A stretch of DNA of 64,000 nt, from positions 1,440,001 through 1,504,000 of the forward strand of contig CBDCGL010000011.1 of NCBI GenBank assembly GCA_965216755.1, given 5' to 3'. The stretch is from Alphaproteobacteria bacterium (GTDB lineage: Bacteria; Pseudomonadota; Alphaproteobacteria; UBA7887). Positions 36,714 to 44,534 of this stretch are shown piece by piece. The translations under genes were made by a program, and so were the position numbers. The notes under the pieces were generated by a model. The model ran no database searches. It saw nothing but the letters and a program-made list of their open reading frames with translations, and was not told the origin of the DNA. How positions within the stretch are numbered: position 1 is the first letter of the stretch; each line of letters opens with the position of its first letter.

Positions 36714-38393
36714 TCAGGCAGCGAACGTTCGAATGACTTCACCAGCGCGTGGAGGCGAGTCGACCAGCGCTCCATCGTTCACGATCCGCTGGCCGTTAAC
36801 CCAAACACCATCTAGACCGGTCGCTGAACACGTCAGCCGTGGCGCGCCACCAGGCAAATCGTGAATACGTCGGTTGCTGCTGCGGCCAATCGTTTCGGGG
36901 TCAAAGAGAACCAGATCCGCATGGGCGCCGACCGCAATCCGACCGCGGTCGGGCAATCGATAGATATCTGCCTGTCGACCGGTCAGCATATGGATCGCGG
37001 TTTCCATGGGGAATTGTCCCTTATCGCGTGCCCAATGCCCGAGCAAATGGAGCGCATATCCGGCGTCGCAAAAAAAGGTCAAGTGAGCCCCGGCGTCGGA
37101 CAGAGCGACCGACGCTTGCGGATGGCGCAACAAACGACGGACCGCCGATTCATCGGAATTCAGCAACAGGGCCGCGAATTGTGTCTTTAGGTCCTCGGTA
37201 AGACCAAAATCCAGCCACCAATCAAGGGGGTGTTGGCCGTCCGCCGCCGCCAAAGCTGCGATCGACTGGCCTTCTGCCGCCCGGTTGCGCGGGTCGGCAG
37301 CCTCGACAACCTTGATCCGATCCCATTGCCCATTGAAGACGCGCAGTCTGCCAGGAACTTCAATTTCCCGCTTAACGGCGGCGCGAAATTCGCGGTTTTG
37401 GTAGACCGCCTTCAACGCATCGCCTTGCGCTCCCATGGCCGGCGCCCACGCATCGAGGCTTTCCATCAAATACGGCGCCTCCAGGGTGAAATCCATGGTC
37501 AATGGGCAGCAGGAGACCTGACCATACATCTCGTGCCCACGCGCCGATGCCTCACCGATATGGTTCAAATCGGCTATGGCCGCATCTGGGCGCGTACTGT
37601 CGTGGAGCAGCGCGGCAACCAAGGCAGGCCGGCCCGTATCAGCGATAAGAGCTTCCAGATACGGCACGGGTGTCATTGATCCCTTGGTCAGCATGAATAC
37701 GCCATGAGACGCCTGACCAAGGACACCGACGAGCGCCCGGAGCTCCGCATCGTTTGCCAACCGCGATGGCATCGGCACGCCCCCTTCGCCATTGTGTCCC
37801 TCGAAGGTCGATGTTGAAAAGCCGATCCCGCCTGCGGCCAGGCCGTCACGGACCAGAATGGCCATTTCCTCAATTTCCTCTGCGGTGGCCGCCCGTTCGG
37901 TCGCAGCCTCGCCCATCACCCAGGTTCGCACGGAACAATGCCCGACATAGGCGGCCACGTTGGCGCCCACACCGCGTTGGGTCAGAAAATCGAGATATTC
38001 CGGAAAGGTTTCGAACGACCACTGCACGCCCTCACGCAAGGCCGACAAGGACATACCCTCGACATGGGTCAGGTTCCGCAAAGTCAGATCCCGATGCTCC
38101 GGTCGACAGGGCGCGATCGTGAAGCCACAGTTGCCCATGATCACAGTGGTGACGCCTAACGTCGGTGACGGATTGGCAAGAGGGTCCCACGTGATCTGGG
38201 CGTCATAGTGTGTGTGGGTGTCGATAAATCCAGGCGCCAATGCCAGACCGGCGCCGTCGACGATCTCGGCGGCACGACCAAGGTCGGACCCGATATCGAC
38301 GACGCGGTCGCCATTTACGGCAACAGACGCCACGCGTGGTGCGGCACCGGTGCCGTCATAGACCGTCGCGTTGTTGATCACCAGGTCATGCAT
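36714..38393 (-). CDS. N-acyl-D-amino-acid deacylase-family amidohydrolase
   Basis: PGFIDTHTHYD; GVTTV.MGNCG; SDAGAH; RGRI..G..ADLVLFDP. Confidence 0.9.
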   Translation of the reverse strand: MHDLVINNATVYDGTGAAPRVASVAVNGDRVVDIGSDLGRAAEIVDGAGLALAPGFIDTHTHYDAQITWDPLANPSPTLGVTTVIMGNCGFTIAPCRPEHRDLTLRNLTHVEGMSLSALREGVQWSFETFPEYLDFLTQRGVGANVAAYVGHCSVRTWVMGEAATERAATAEEIEEMAILVRDGLAAGGIGFSTSTFEGHNGEGGVPMPSRLANDAELRALVGVLGQASHGVFMLTKGSMTPVPYLEALIADTGRPALVAALLHDSTRPDAAIADLNHIGEASARGHEMYGQVSCCPLTMDFTLEAPYLMESLDAWAPAMGAQGDALKAVYQNREFRAAVKREIEVPGRLRVFNGQWDRIKVVEAADPRNRAAEGQSIAALAAADGQHPLDWWLDFGLTEDLKTQFAALLLNSDESAVRRLLRHPQASVALSDAGAHLTFFCDAGYALHLLGHWARDKGQFPMETAIHMLTGRQADIYRLPDRGRIAVGAHADLVLFDPETIGRSSNRRIHDLPGGAPRLTCSATGLDGVWVNGQRIVNDGALVDSPPRAGEVIRTFAA

Positions 38394-38564
38394 TGCGCAT
38401 CTCCACTAGGCTTGGACGTCATCAAACCGACTAACGGCACCGTGACCATCTCTGGACCCGCTCCCTACCCGGCATCATATCTAAAGGCGAGACCCTTGCC
38501 GCCGGTTTGGGCCGGCCACGAGCCCACTGACCATCCTTAGGGTCGGTCGAATGGGGAGCCGAAG

Positions 38565-39611
38565 ATGACCACACAGCGAAGCCGTAGTCTCGACCATTTT
38601 GAGCAAATCGCCACTTGCGATGACAAAGCATCTGGTTTGCGCGCCGTGATTGTCATTCACAGTACGCGCCGCGGGCCGGCTTTGGGTGGGTGTCGCATGT
38701 GGCCCTTTCCGACCGAACGCGACGCCATCAATGACGCCAAACGGTTGGCGCGCGGCATGACCTTCAAGGCGGCGTTGACCGACCTACCCCTGGGTGGCGG
38801 CAAATCAGTGATCATTGGCGACCCGAGGGCCGACAAGTCGCCCCAACTGCTGCGCGCCTTCGGCGCATTCGTCGACAGCATGCAGGGGCGTTATGTGACG
38901 GGCGAGGATGTCGGCACATCGGTTGCTGATATGGAATTCGTCGCGGAAAGCACAGCCCATGTCGCGGGCCGCGCCGAAGGCAGCGGCGACCCGTCACCCG
39001 TGACGGCACGGGGCGTATTCATGGGCATCCGCGCCGCGGTACGTCATCGCTATGGCGATGAATCACTGAGCGAATTAACGGTTGCCGTACAAGGCATCGG
39101 ACATGTCGGTTACGATCTTTGTGCGCTGCTTCACGACGCCGGCGCAAATCTCATCATTTCTGACATAAACGCAAACGCATGCGGCAAAGCGAAATCTGCT
39201 TTTGGCGCTGCTGTCGTGCCGATTGATCAAATCAGCGCATCGAAAGCGCACATTTTTGCGCCTTGCGCTTTGGGCGCCGTGATCAACGACGACACACTGC
39301 CGCAGCTCGACGTTGACATCGTCGCCGGCGCCGCAAACAACCAGCTGGCTGAGCCGCGCCACGGCGCCGCCCTTCATGCAAAAAGGATTCTGTTTGCGCC
39401 AGACTATGTGATCAACGCCGGCGGGCTCATGAACGTCGCATGGGACGTTTTGCACGCCGGTGAGACGTACGACCAAGACCGCGTAATGAGGGATGTCGAG
39501 CGCATCGACGGCCGACTCTCAGAAATATTCGCACAATCACAAAAATACGACCGACCGACCGACGTCGTCGCCGACGCGATGGCAAAGAAGGTTCTCGACA
39601 ACACAAGCTGA
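38565..39611 (+). CDS. ldh: Leucine (Glu/Leu/Phe/Val) dehydrogenase
   Basis: GPALGGCR; GMTFK; GGGKSVI; EDVGT; GDPSP.TA.GV; QGIGHVG; GAANNQL; PDYVINAGG. Confidence 0.9.
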   Translation: MTTQRSRSLDHFEQIATCDDKASGLRAVIVIHSTRRGPALGGCRMWPFPTERDAINDAKRLARGMTFKAALTDLPLGGGKSVIIGDPRADKSPQLLRAFGAFVDSMQGRYVTGEDVGTSVADMEFVAESTAHVAGRAEGSGDPSPVTARGVFMGIRAAVRHRYGDESLSELTVAVQGIGHVGYDLCALLHDAGANLIISDINANACGKAKSAFGAAVVPIDQISASKAHIFAPCALGAVINDDTLPQLDVDIVAGAANNQLAEPRHGAALHAKRILFAPDYVINAGGLMNVAWDVLHAGETYDQDRVMRDVERIDGRLSEIFAQSQKYDRPTDVVADAMAKKVLDNTS

Positions 39612-39622
39612 CGCATCAAAAA

Positions 39623-39710
39623 GATCTCGGTGACGGCTGTCTCGGTCCACCCATTCGCAATATCTTCGGTGGCACGACAATTGTCGAATTTGTAAGCCAT
39701 CACCGAAATC
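39623..39710. repeat. 88-bp degenerate inverted-repeat element (REPIN/MITE-like), related to the one at 43565
   Basis: Arms GATCTCGGTGACGGCT (39623-39638) and AGCCATCACCGAAATC (39695-39710) pair at 14/16; the ends resemble ATTTCGGTGAC...TCACCGAAAT. Confidence 0.6.
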
Positions 39711-39718
39711 CGGGTTTC

Positions 39719-40228
39719 CTATAGCATGTCGGCGATGGCGTCGATTCCGGCTTGCGCGCACGCTTCATCTTCGTCCGCACTGGCACCACTAACGCCAATA
39801 CCGCCAATATGCTGCCCATCTTTGGTCATGATCGGCAAGCCACCCGCAAACGCAGCAAGGCCCGGCACCTCGGCCACGCCAGGCAAGGGTCCCGGTTCGC
39901 CGTCTTTCCCATAAGCCAGTTCTGCGATCAGTCTTGACGGAAATGGGAACGACGCAGACGTATTGGCTTTCAATCGCGAAACCTGAATGCTGCCCAAAAA
40001 CGCGTTCTCTTGCCGCCTAAACAGCTTAAGATTCGCGCCATCGTCATAGATCGCGATATTCAGGGGACGCCAGCCCGCTTCGGCCTGCGCCGCTTCGCAT
40101 GCGTCCGCCATCGCTTTCGCCATTTCCAATGTTAGGACCGGTTTTTGTTCAACGGCTTCGGCCCTGTTCGACAGGGCGCTCGCAATAACCACGGCCACAG
40201 CCAAAGTCAACAAACCCCGCTTTTCCAC
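39719..40228 (-). CDS. GlcG/HbpS-family haem-binding protein with signal peptide
   Basis: LTLEMA; IAIYDDG; KANTS; FAGGLPI; IGGIGVSGA..DEDEACA.AG; GTG start after GGAGG. Confidence 0.88.
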   Translation of the reverse strand: MEKRGLLTLAVAVVIASALSNRAEAVEQKPVLTLEMAKAMADACEAAQAEAGWRPLNIAIYDDGANLKLFRRQENAFLGSIQVSRLKANTSASFPFPSRLIAELAYGKDGEPGPLPGVAEVPGLAAFAGGLPIMTKDGQHIGGIGVSGASADEDEACAQAGIDAIADML

Positions 40229-40335
40229 TTCCACCTCCCATTTTCCTTCGCGTTCAGCACAATGCGTGCAGTTGGCAAGGCTAAGGCGTGCCCACGACCG
40301 GCGACAAATAGCAATTGCGTGAGAGCTGGGTTGCG

Positions 40336-40782
40336 CTATTCGATCGGCGTGAAGTCGAATGCGTTTTCGGCGTGGAAGTAAAACGAACAGGGGACGTCCG
40401 ACACGCAGGCGGTCGCGTGAACGGCGCCCGACGGGACATACCAATACGAACCGACATGCATCGTTGGTGGGTCTTCTTCGTCAGCAAAGGGATTGGTCAT
40501 CGTGCCGGAAAGAACGACCGCGTGATAGGCGCCGCTGTGTGTATGAAAAGGTGTTTGAAAGTGAGGCTTGAACCTACCGAAGGTACCATGTGCCCCCTGA
40601 CCGCGATCGCCCCATGCCGGCGCCATCTCGATCATTTCGTTCATCGCCTCAAATTGCCTTTCCGGCGCAGGCAGAACGGCTTCGGCCGTCGAGTCGAAGG
40701 ACGACTCTGCGAACGCGGCACTGGCCAAGCCGCTTGCCATAAAAAAGTGGGTCACAATGACCACGCTTGCGTATTTCACCAC
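40336..40782 (-). CDS. DUF4437-like exported cupin
   Basis: Signal peptide; AWGD...GAHGTF..F...F.TP.H.H...YHAVVLSG; GSYW..P....H.TAC.S..PC.F. Confidence 0.8.
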   Translation of the reverse strand: MVKYASVVIVTHFFMASGLASAAFAESSFDSTAEAVLPAPERQFEAMNEMIEMAPAWGDRGQGAHGTFGRFKPHFQTPFHTHSGAYHAVVLSGTMTNPFADEEDPPTMHVGSYWYVPSGAVHATACVSDVPCSFYFHAENAFDFTPIE

Positions 40783-40850
40783 GTCATCTCCCGCGCTGGT
40801 TGTTTGACCGTCGTGGCTGATCCTATGATCACAAGGATTGAACTTTGAAT

Positions 40851-40883
40851 GATCGATCGTCCACATTTCCCGATCGAACGTAC
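40851..40883. promoter_or_regulatory. Candidate AraC-family operator (direct repeats 21 bp apart)
   Basis: GATCGATCGTCC at 40851 and GATCGAACGTAC at 40872, in the divergent gap between the cupin and AraC genes. Confidence 0.5.
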
Positions 40884-40957
40884 GAACAGCTAGAGCCTAC
40901 GCTAGAATTATGTGATGTCGATGTTCAGACTGCCTGAATGCCAAAGAAGATAATGGT

Positions 40958-41893
40958 GTGAACGACAATCCCATGGACGACGTCCTTAGCGATATCTTGC
41001 GCTTGGTCCGCGTGGAATCCTGTGTCTACTTCTTGCGCGACTTCCGCGCGCCTTGGGGCATCGCGATTCCTCAGGGCAAGGTCGCGCAGTTTCATGCTGT
41101 CGTGCATGGACATTGTGTTGTCGAAATCAATAGCCGGTCGGTTTCATTGTCGACCGGCGACGTCATTCTGTTGCCCCACGGAAACGCTCATGTTTTGGCG
41201 GATTCGTGCGGCAGTCCGGCGCAGCCAGCTGCCGACGTAATGGCGTCTTTTCGTTCCGAATGTCCGGCATTCGTGACCGGCGATCGTGTGACGCAAATAT
41301 TGTGTGGGCATTTCGCGTATCGGTCCGACTTGCGTCATCCTTTGTTCGCAGAACTCCCGAAATTCGTGCATGAAGCCGCCTACGATGCCGCATCGCATGG
41401 AACGTTGGCGGCCGTGCTGCCGCTTCTTACCCACGAAATGAAGACCCAGCAACCGGGATCGGAGTCTGTGATCGAGCGGTTCGCCGAGATCTTGCTGGTA
41501 CAATTGTTGCGTCTCTATGTAAACAGATTGCCTCAGAGGCGCGGTTTTCTTGCGGGAATATCGGACGGCCGAATCGCACGCGCAGTGCGAGTTGTTCACC
41601 GAGATCATGATCAGAATCTATCAATCCAGCGATTGGCCGACGCGGCTGGCATGTCACGCACCGCGTTTGCTCAGCACTTCAAGCGGCTTATGGGTGTGAC
41701 ACCGATCGACTATCTGACCCAATGGCGCATGTATCAAGCAAGTGAGTTATTGACGTCGAATGGCCTGACACTCGCGGATATCGCCGCGCGCATCGGATAC
41801 GATTCAGATGTGGCGTTCAGTCGCGCCTTCAAGCGTCAATTCCAAATCAGTCCAAGCGCGTACCGGCGCGCGGCCCGGACCGACGCCGGCTAA
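40958..41893 (+). CDS. AraC-family regulator with cupin_6-type N-terminal domain
   Basis: DVLSDIL; PWGI; GD.ILLPHG.AH; LCG.F; LA..AGMSR.AF...F...G..P..YLT.WRM; GY.S..AFSRAFKR. Confidence 0.92.
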   Translation: MNDNPMDDVLSDILRLVRVESCVYFLRDFRAPWGIAIPQGKVAQFHAVVHGHCVVEINSRSVSLSTGDVILLPHGNAHVLADSCGSPAQPAADVMASFRSECPAFVTGDRVTQILCGHFAYRSDLRHPLFAELPKFVHEAAYDAASHGTLAAVLPLLTHEMKTQQPGSESVIERFAEILLVQLLRLYVNRLPQRRGFLAGISDGRIARAVRVVHRDHDQNLSIQRLADAAGMSRTAFAQHFKRLMGVTPIDYLTQWRMYQASELLTSNGLTLADIAARIGYDSDVAFSRAFKRQFQISPSAYRRAARTDAG

Positions 41894-42345
41894 CCTTCAG
41901 CTGCCACGCCTCTTTCAACTTTGCCATGCTCGGAATGGCACTGACGATGATCGCTCAACACCTCAATCACCCGACAGTCGGCAATACGTCCGCCCCTGCA
42001 CTGTCGGAGCATTCTCTCCAATTCGCCTTTTAGGGATTGCAACCGCTGAATTCGGCGATCCACGGCAAGCAACTGATTCCGCGCAATGGTGTCTGCGGCG
42101 TCACATGGTCGATCATGCTGATCGGCCAAACGCAACAAGTCGCGGATGGCATCCAGGGAAAACCCTAGTTCTCGAGCATGGCGAATAAATACTAGTCTCT
42201 TGATGTGCAATTTGTCGTAACGCCTTTGATGACCAGCGGTTCGGTCTGGCGGAGAGAGGAGCCCTATTTGCTCGTAGTAACGGATCGTTTGGACTTTGCA
42301 TCCGGTGTCCTTGGCAACGCGGCCAATTGTCAATGCGGCAGACAT
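41890..42345 (-). CDS. MerR-family metal-responsive regulator (CadR/ZntR-like)
   Basis: IG..A...GCKVQTIRYYE.IGL; FIRHARELGF; three Cys (PC, QC, DC); His-containing tail. Confidence 0.92.
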   Translation of the reverse strand: MSAALTIGRVAKDTGCKVQTIRYYEQIGLLSPPDRTAGHQRRYDKLHIKRLVFIRHARELGFSLDAIRDLLRLADQHDRPCDAADTIARNQLLAVDRRIQRLQSLKGELERMLRQCRGGRIADCRVIEVLSDHRQCHSEHGKVERGVAAEG

Positions 42346-42357
42346 GTCATTTCCCGC

Positions 42358-42388
42358 TTGAACCTACAGCGATTGGAGCAATTAACCT
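42358..42388 (+). promoter_or_regulatory. MerR-type promoter with 19-bp spacer driving the CDF transporter
   Basis: -35 TTGAAC (42358-42363), 19-bp spacer CTACAGCGATTGGAGCAAT containing an imperfect dyad, -10 TAACCT (42383-42388). Confidence 0.75.
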
Positions 42389-42424
42389 GGTGCCCATGCG
42401 ATCTGTCGGCAAGATGAAACACGC

Positions 42425-43066
42425 GTGATGGGCCTGAATTGCTGCCATCACGAGCCCAAGTTCGACGGCATGTCGCCGGCGTTTCGACGCACGCTGTGGG
42501 CCCTGATATTGGTCAACGGCACGATGTTTGTCGTTGAAATGGCCGCCGGCGCCATTGCTGGGTCGCGCGCGTTACAGGCAGACGCGCTTGATTTCTTTGG
42601 CGACACAGTCACTTACGCCCTCAGCCTCTATGTTATCGGCATGCCATTGCGAACGCGGGCGGCCGCGGCTCTTTTCAAGGGTTTGAGCCTTGGCGCGATT
42701 GGCGCCTGGGTGCTTGGCGCCACGATCTACCAAATTTGGGTGCTGGGCGTACCGCAAGCGCACATCATGGGTGCCGTGGGATTTGTCGCCTTGGCCGCAA
42801 ATGTTGGCAGCGCGCTGGCACTTGCACGCTATAGGAATGGTGATTCGAACGTTCGCTCGGTTTGGTTGTGCAGCCGCAATGACGCCATCGGCAATGTCGC
42901 AGTTATGGTCGCAGCGGGCGGAATCTGGTTGACAGGCACGGCCTGGCCGGACTTGATCGTCGCCTCGATCATGGCCGGCCTGTTTTTCTGGTCAGCCGCC
43001 CAGATTGTTGTTCAAGCGCTTCACGAACGCAGACACCCCGTTAGTGTGGCAACGGCCGCGGAATAG
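42425..43066 (+). CDS. CDF-like cation (Co/Zn/Cd) efflux transporter, short form
   Basis: N-terminal CCHH; N..MF.VE; ALQADALDF.GD; SVWLCSRNDAIGN; WPDL. Confidence 0.88.
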   Translation: MMGLNCCHHEPKFDGMSPAFRRTLWALILVNGTMFVVEMAAGAIAGSRALQADALDFFGDTVTYALSLYVIGMPLRTRAAAALFKGLSLGAIGAWVLGATIYQIWVLGVPQAHIMGAVGFVALAANVGSALALARYRNGDSNVRSVWLCSRNDAIGNVAVMVAAGGIWLTGTAWPDLIVASIMAGLFFWSAAQIVVQALHERRHPVSVATAAE

Positions 43067-43095
43067 GGCGCGACTGCCGGCAGAGGACATTCATC

Positions 43096-43563
43096 ATGTT
43101 GCGACCAAAACGACTGGCGGTACATGGCGTGCTTGCAGCACTGGCGTTCACAATCGTTGGTGGCTGGCTTTTGCTGGCTGGGGTACCCGCCGACGCGACA
43201 GACGTTACCGTTTACAAGTCTCCTTGGTGCGGTTGTTGCGGTGCTTGGGTGGACCACCTTCGCGACAATGGTTTTGACGTGAGAGTCGAAGAACAAGAGG
43301 ACCTGGCCCCTGTCAAGGCGCGCCTCGGCGTACCTCCTGAACTGCAGTCCTGTCACACTGCAATAGTTGATGGCTATGCGATCGAAGGCCACGTTCCGGC
43401 GGCCGATATTCATCGCCTGCTGACGGAGCGGCCCGCGGCGAAGGGTCTCGCCGTTCCGGGCATGCCAATCGGCTCACCCGGCATGGAAATGGACGGCCGC
43501 CAAGACGCCTACGATGTCATCTTGTTTGGCAACGACCAGCGTTCTATTTTCGCGCACCATTAG
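43096..43563 (+). CDS. DUF411/CopG-like periplasmic metal-binding protein
   Basis: YKSPWCGCC..W..HL; SCHTA; EGHVPA; GLAVPGMP.GSPGME. Confidence 0.92.
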   Translation: MLRPKRLAVHGVLAALAFTIVGGWLLLAGVPADATDVTVYKSPWCGCCGAWVDHLRDNGFDVRVEEQEDLAPVKARLGVPPELQSCHTAIVDGYAIEGHVPAADIHRLLTERPAAKGLAVPGMPIGSPGMEMDGRQDAYDVILFGNDQRSIFAHH

Positions 43564-43564
43564 C

Positions 43565-43657
43565 ATTTCGGTGACAGTTTACTAAATACACAATATATTG
43601 AATACTCATGTGCATTGACGGCCCTATCTTGTGTATTTAGTAAACTGTCACCGAAAT
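43565..43657. repeat. 93-bp AT-rich element with perfect 29-bp terminal inverted repeats (REPIN/MITE-like)
   Basis: ATTTCGGTGACAGTTTACTAAATACACAA (43565-43593) and its exact reverse complement (43629-43657), separated by a 35-bp loop. Confidence 0.9.
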
Positions 43658-43670
43658 ACAAACTGAGTGG

Positions 43671-43937
43671 TCAAAGCGGAAAGTCGCGCTCTGGATCTAT
43701 CCCGCACTCTTCCAGATACTTCCTAATCCGCATCACCTCGCTCTTCGGAACGCTGTGATTGGCGGTCGGAAAATTCGCCGTATGGCCATTCAACGACACA
43801 TGCAGGCGTCCGGAATGGGCGGTCGACACGTCGGCTCCCAATTCGACAAACACTTTCTCAATATCGCGAAAATGGATGTTGGCACTGACCGGATGCGCAA
43901 AAAAAGCGTGTAGAATCTTTCGGTGGCGATGATTCAT
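43671..43937 (-). CDS. HicA-like small protein with no adjacent antitoxin
   Basis: MNHRHRKILHAFFAHPVSANI.F.DIE.VF.ELGA.V; alpha-beta3-alpha pattern; AGGAG RBS. Confidence 0.7.
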   Translation of the reverse strand: MNHRHRKILHAFFAHPVSANIHFRDIEKVFVELGADVSTAHSGRLHVSLNGHTANFPTANHSVPKSEVMRIRKYLEECGIDPERDFPL

Positions 43938-44028
43938 GGGTCGATTTGTCCCTCTCCTAGCTTCGCACCAAACTTTTGTGCATCGCCCCCCAAGCCGCCG
44001 CCATAATGTCGGTTAGGAACACAGCCTC

Positions 44029-44463
44029 CTACAGCAATCCAAGCGCGCGGAGTTCGCGTACCAACTTCGCGGGCATGTCGTCAGGCGCATCCGACCCAAG
44101 TTTGAGATCCGGAGGCGCGTCGGCAGCATTCAGATAGCGCCATCCCTGCATTGGACGGGCGCCCCTCGGTTCGGTTTCCACGACCGTCGAGTCAAGGACC
44201 AGGGCACACCGTTTGTTGGTCCCGTGCGCCTGGTTTCGTTCGATGGCAATGATCCGTTGGCGGGCACGAATCTGACCCGCAATGATCCAATAGATCGAAC
44301 CGCCGTCGAGAATCTCATCGGCGCGCCGCGGTGTATGCCGAGTCCAATGGCGCAGCAATGCGGGATCGCCAGCATCATGCAAAGCATCCAAGCGCTTCGC
44401 TTGAGCGTCGCGCAGATGACCCACACTGGTGATTCCGACACACATTTTGAGCAAATGCAGCAT
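44029..44463 (-). CDS. DUF1489-family protein
   Basis: LHLLKMCVG; H.TR..PRR..EI.DGGSIYW.I.G....RQ; QGWRYL...DAPPD; L..LGLL. Confidence 0.88.
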   Translation of the reverse strand: MLHLLKMCVGITSVGHLRDAQAKRLDALHDAGDPALLRHWTRHTPRRADEILDGGSIYWIIAGQIRARQRIIAIERNQAHGTNKRCALVLDSTVVETEPRGARPMQGWRYLNAADAPPDLKLGSDAPDDMPAKLVRELRALGLL

Positions 44464-44534
44464 GAATGTGCCTAGAAGACAGATAGGCAGTGCATGCGCA
44501 CGACCCCGCGACACCCAGAAAGCACCATGTCGCT

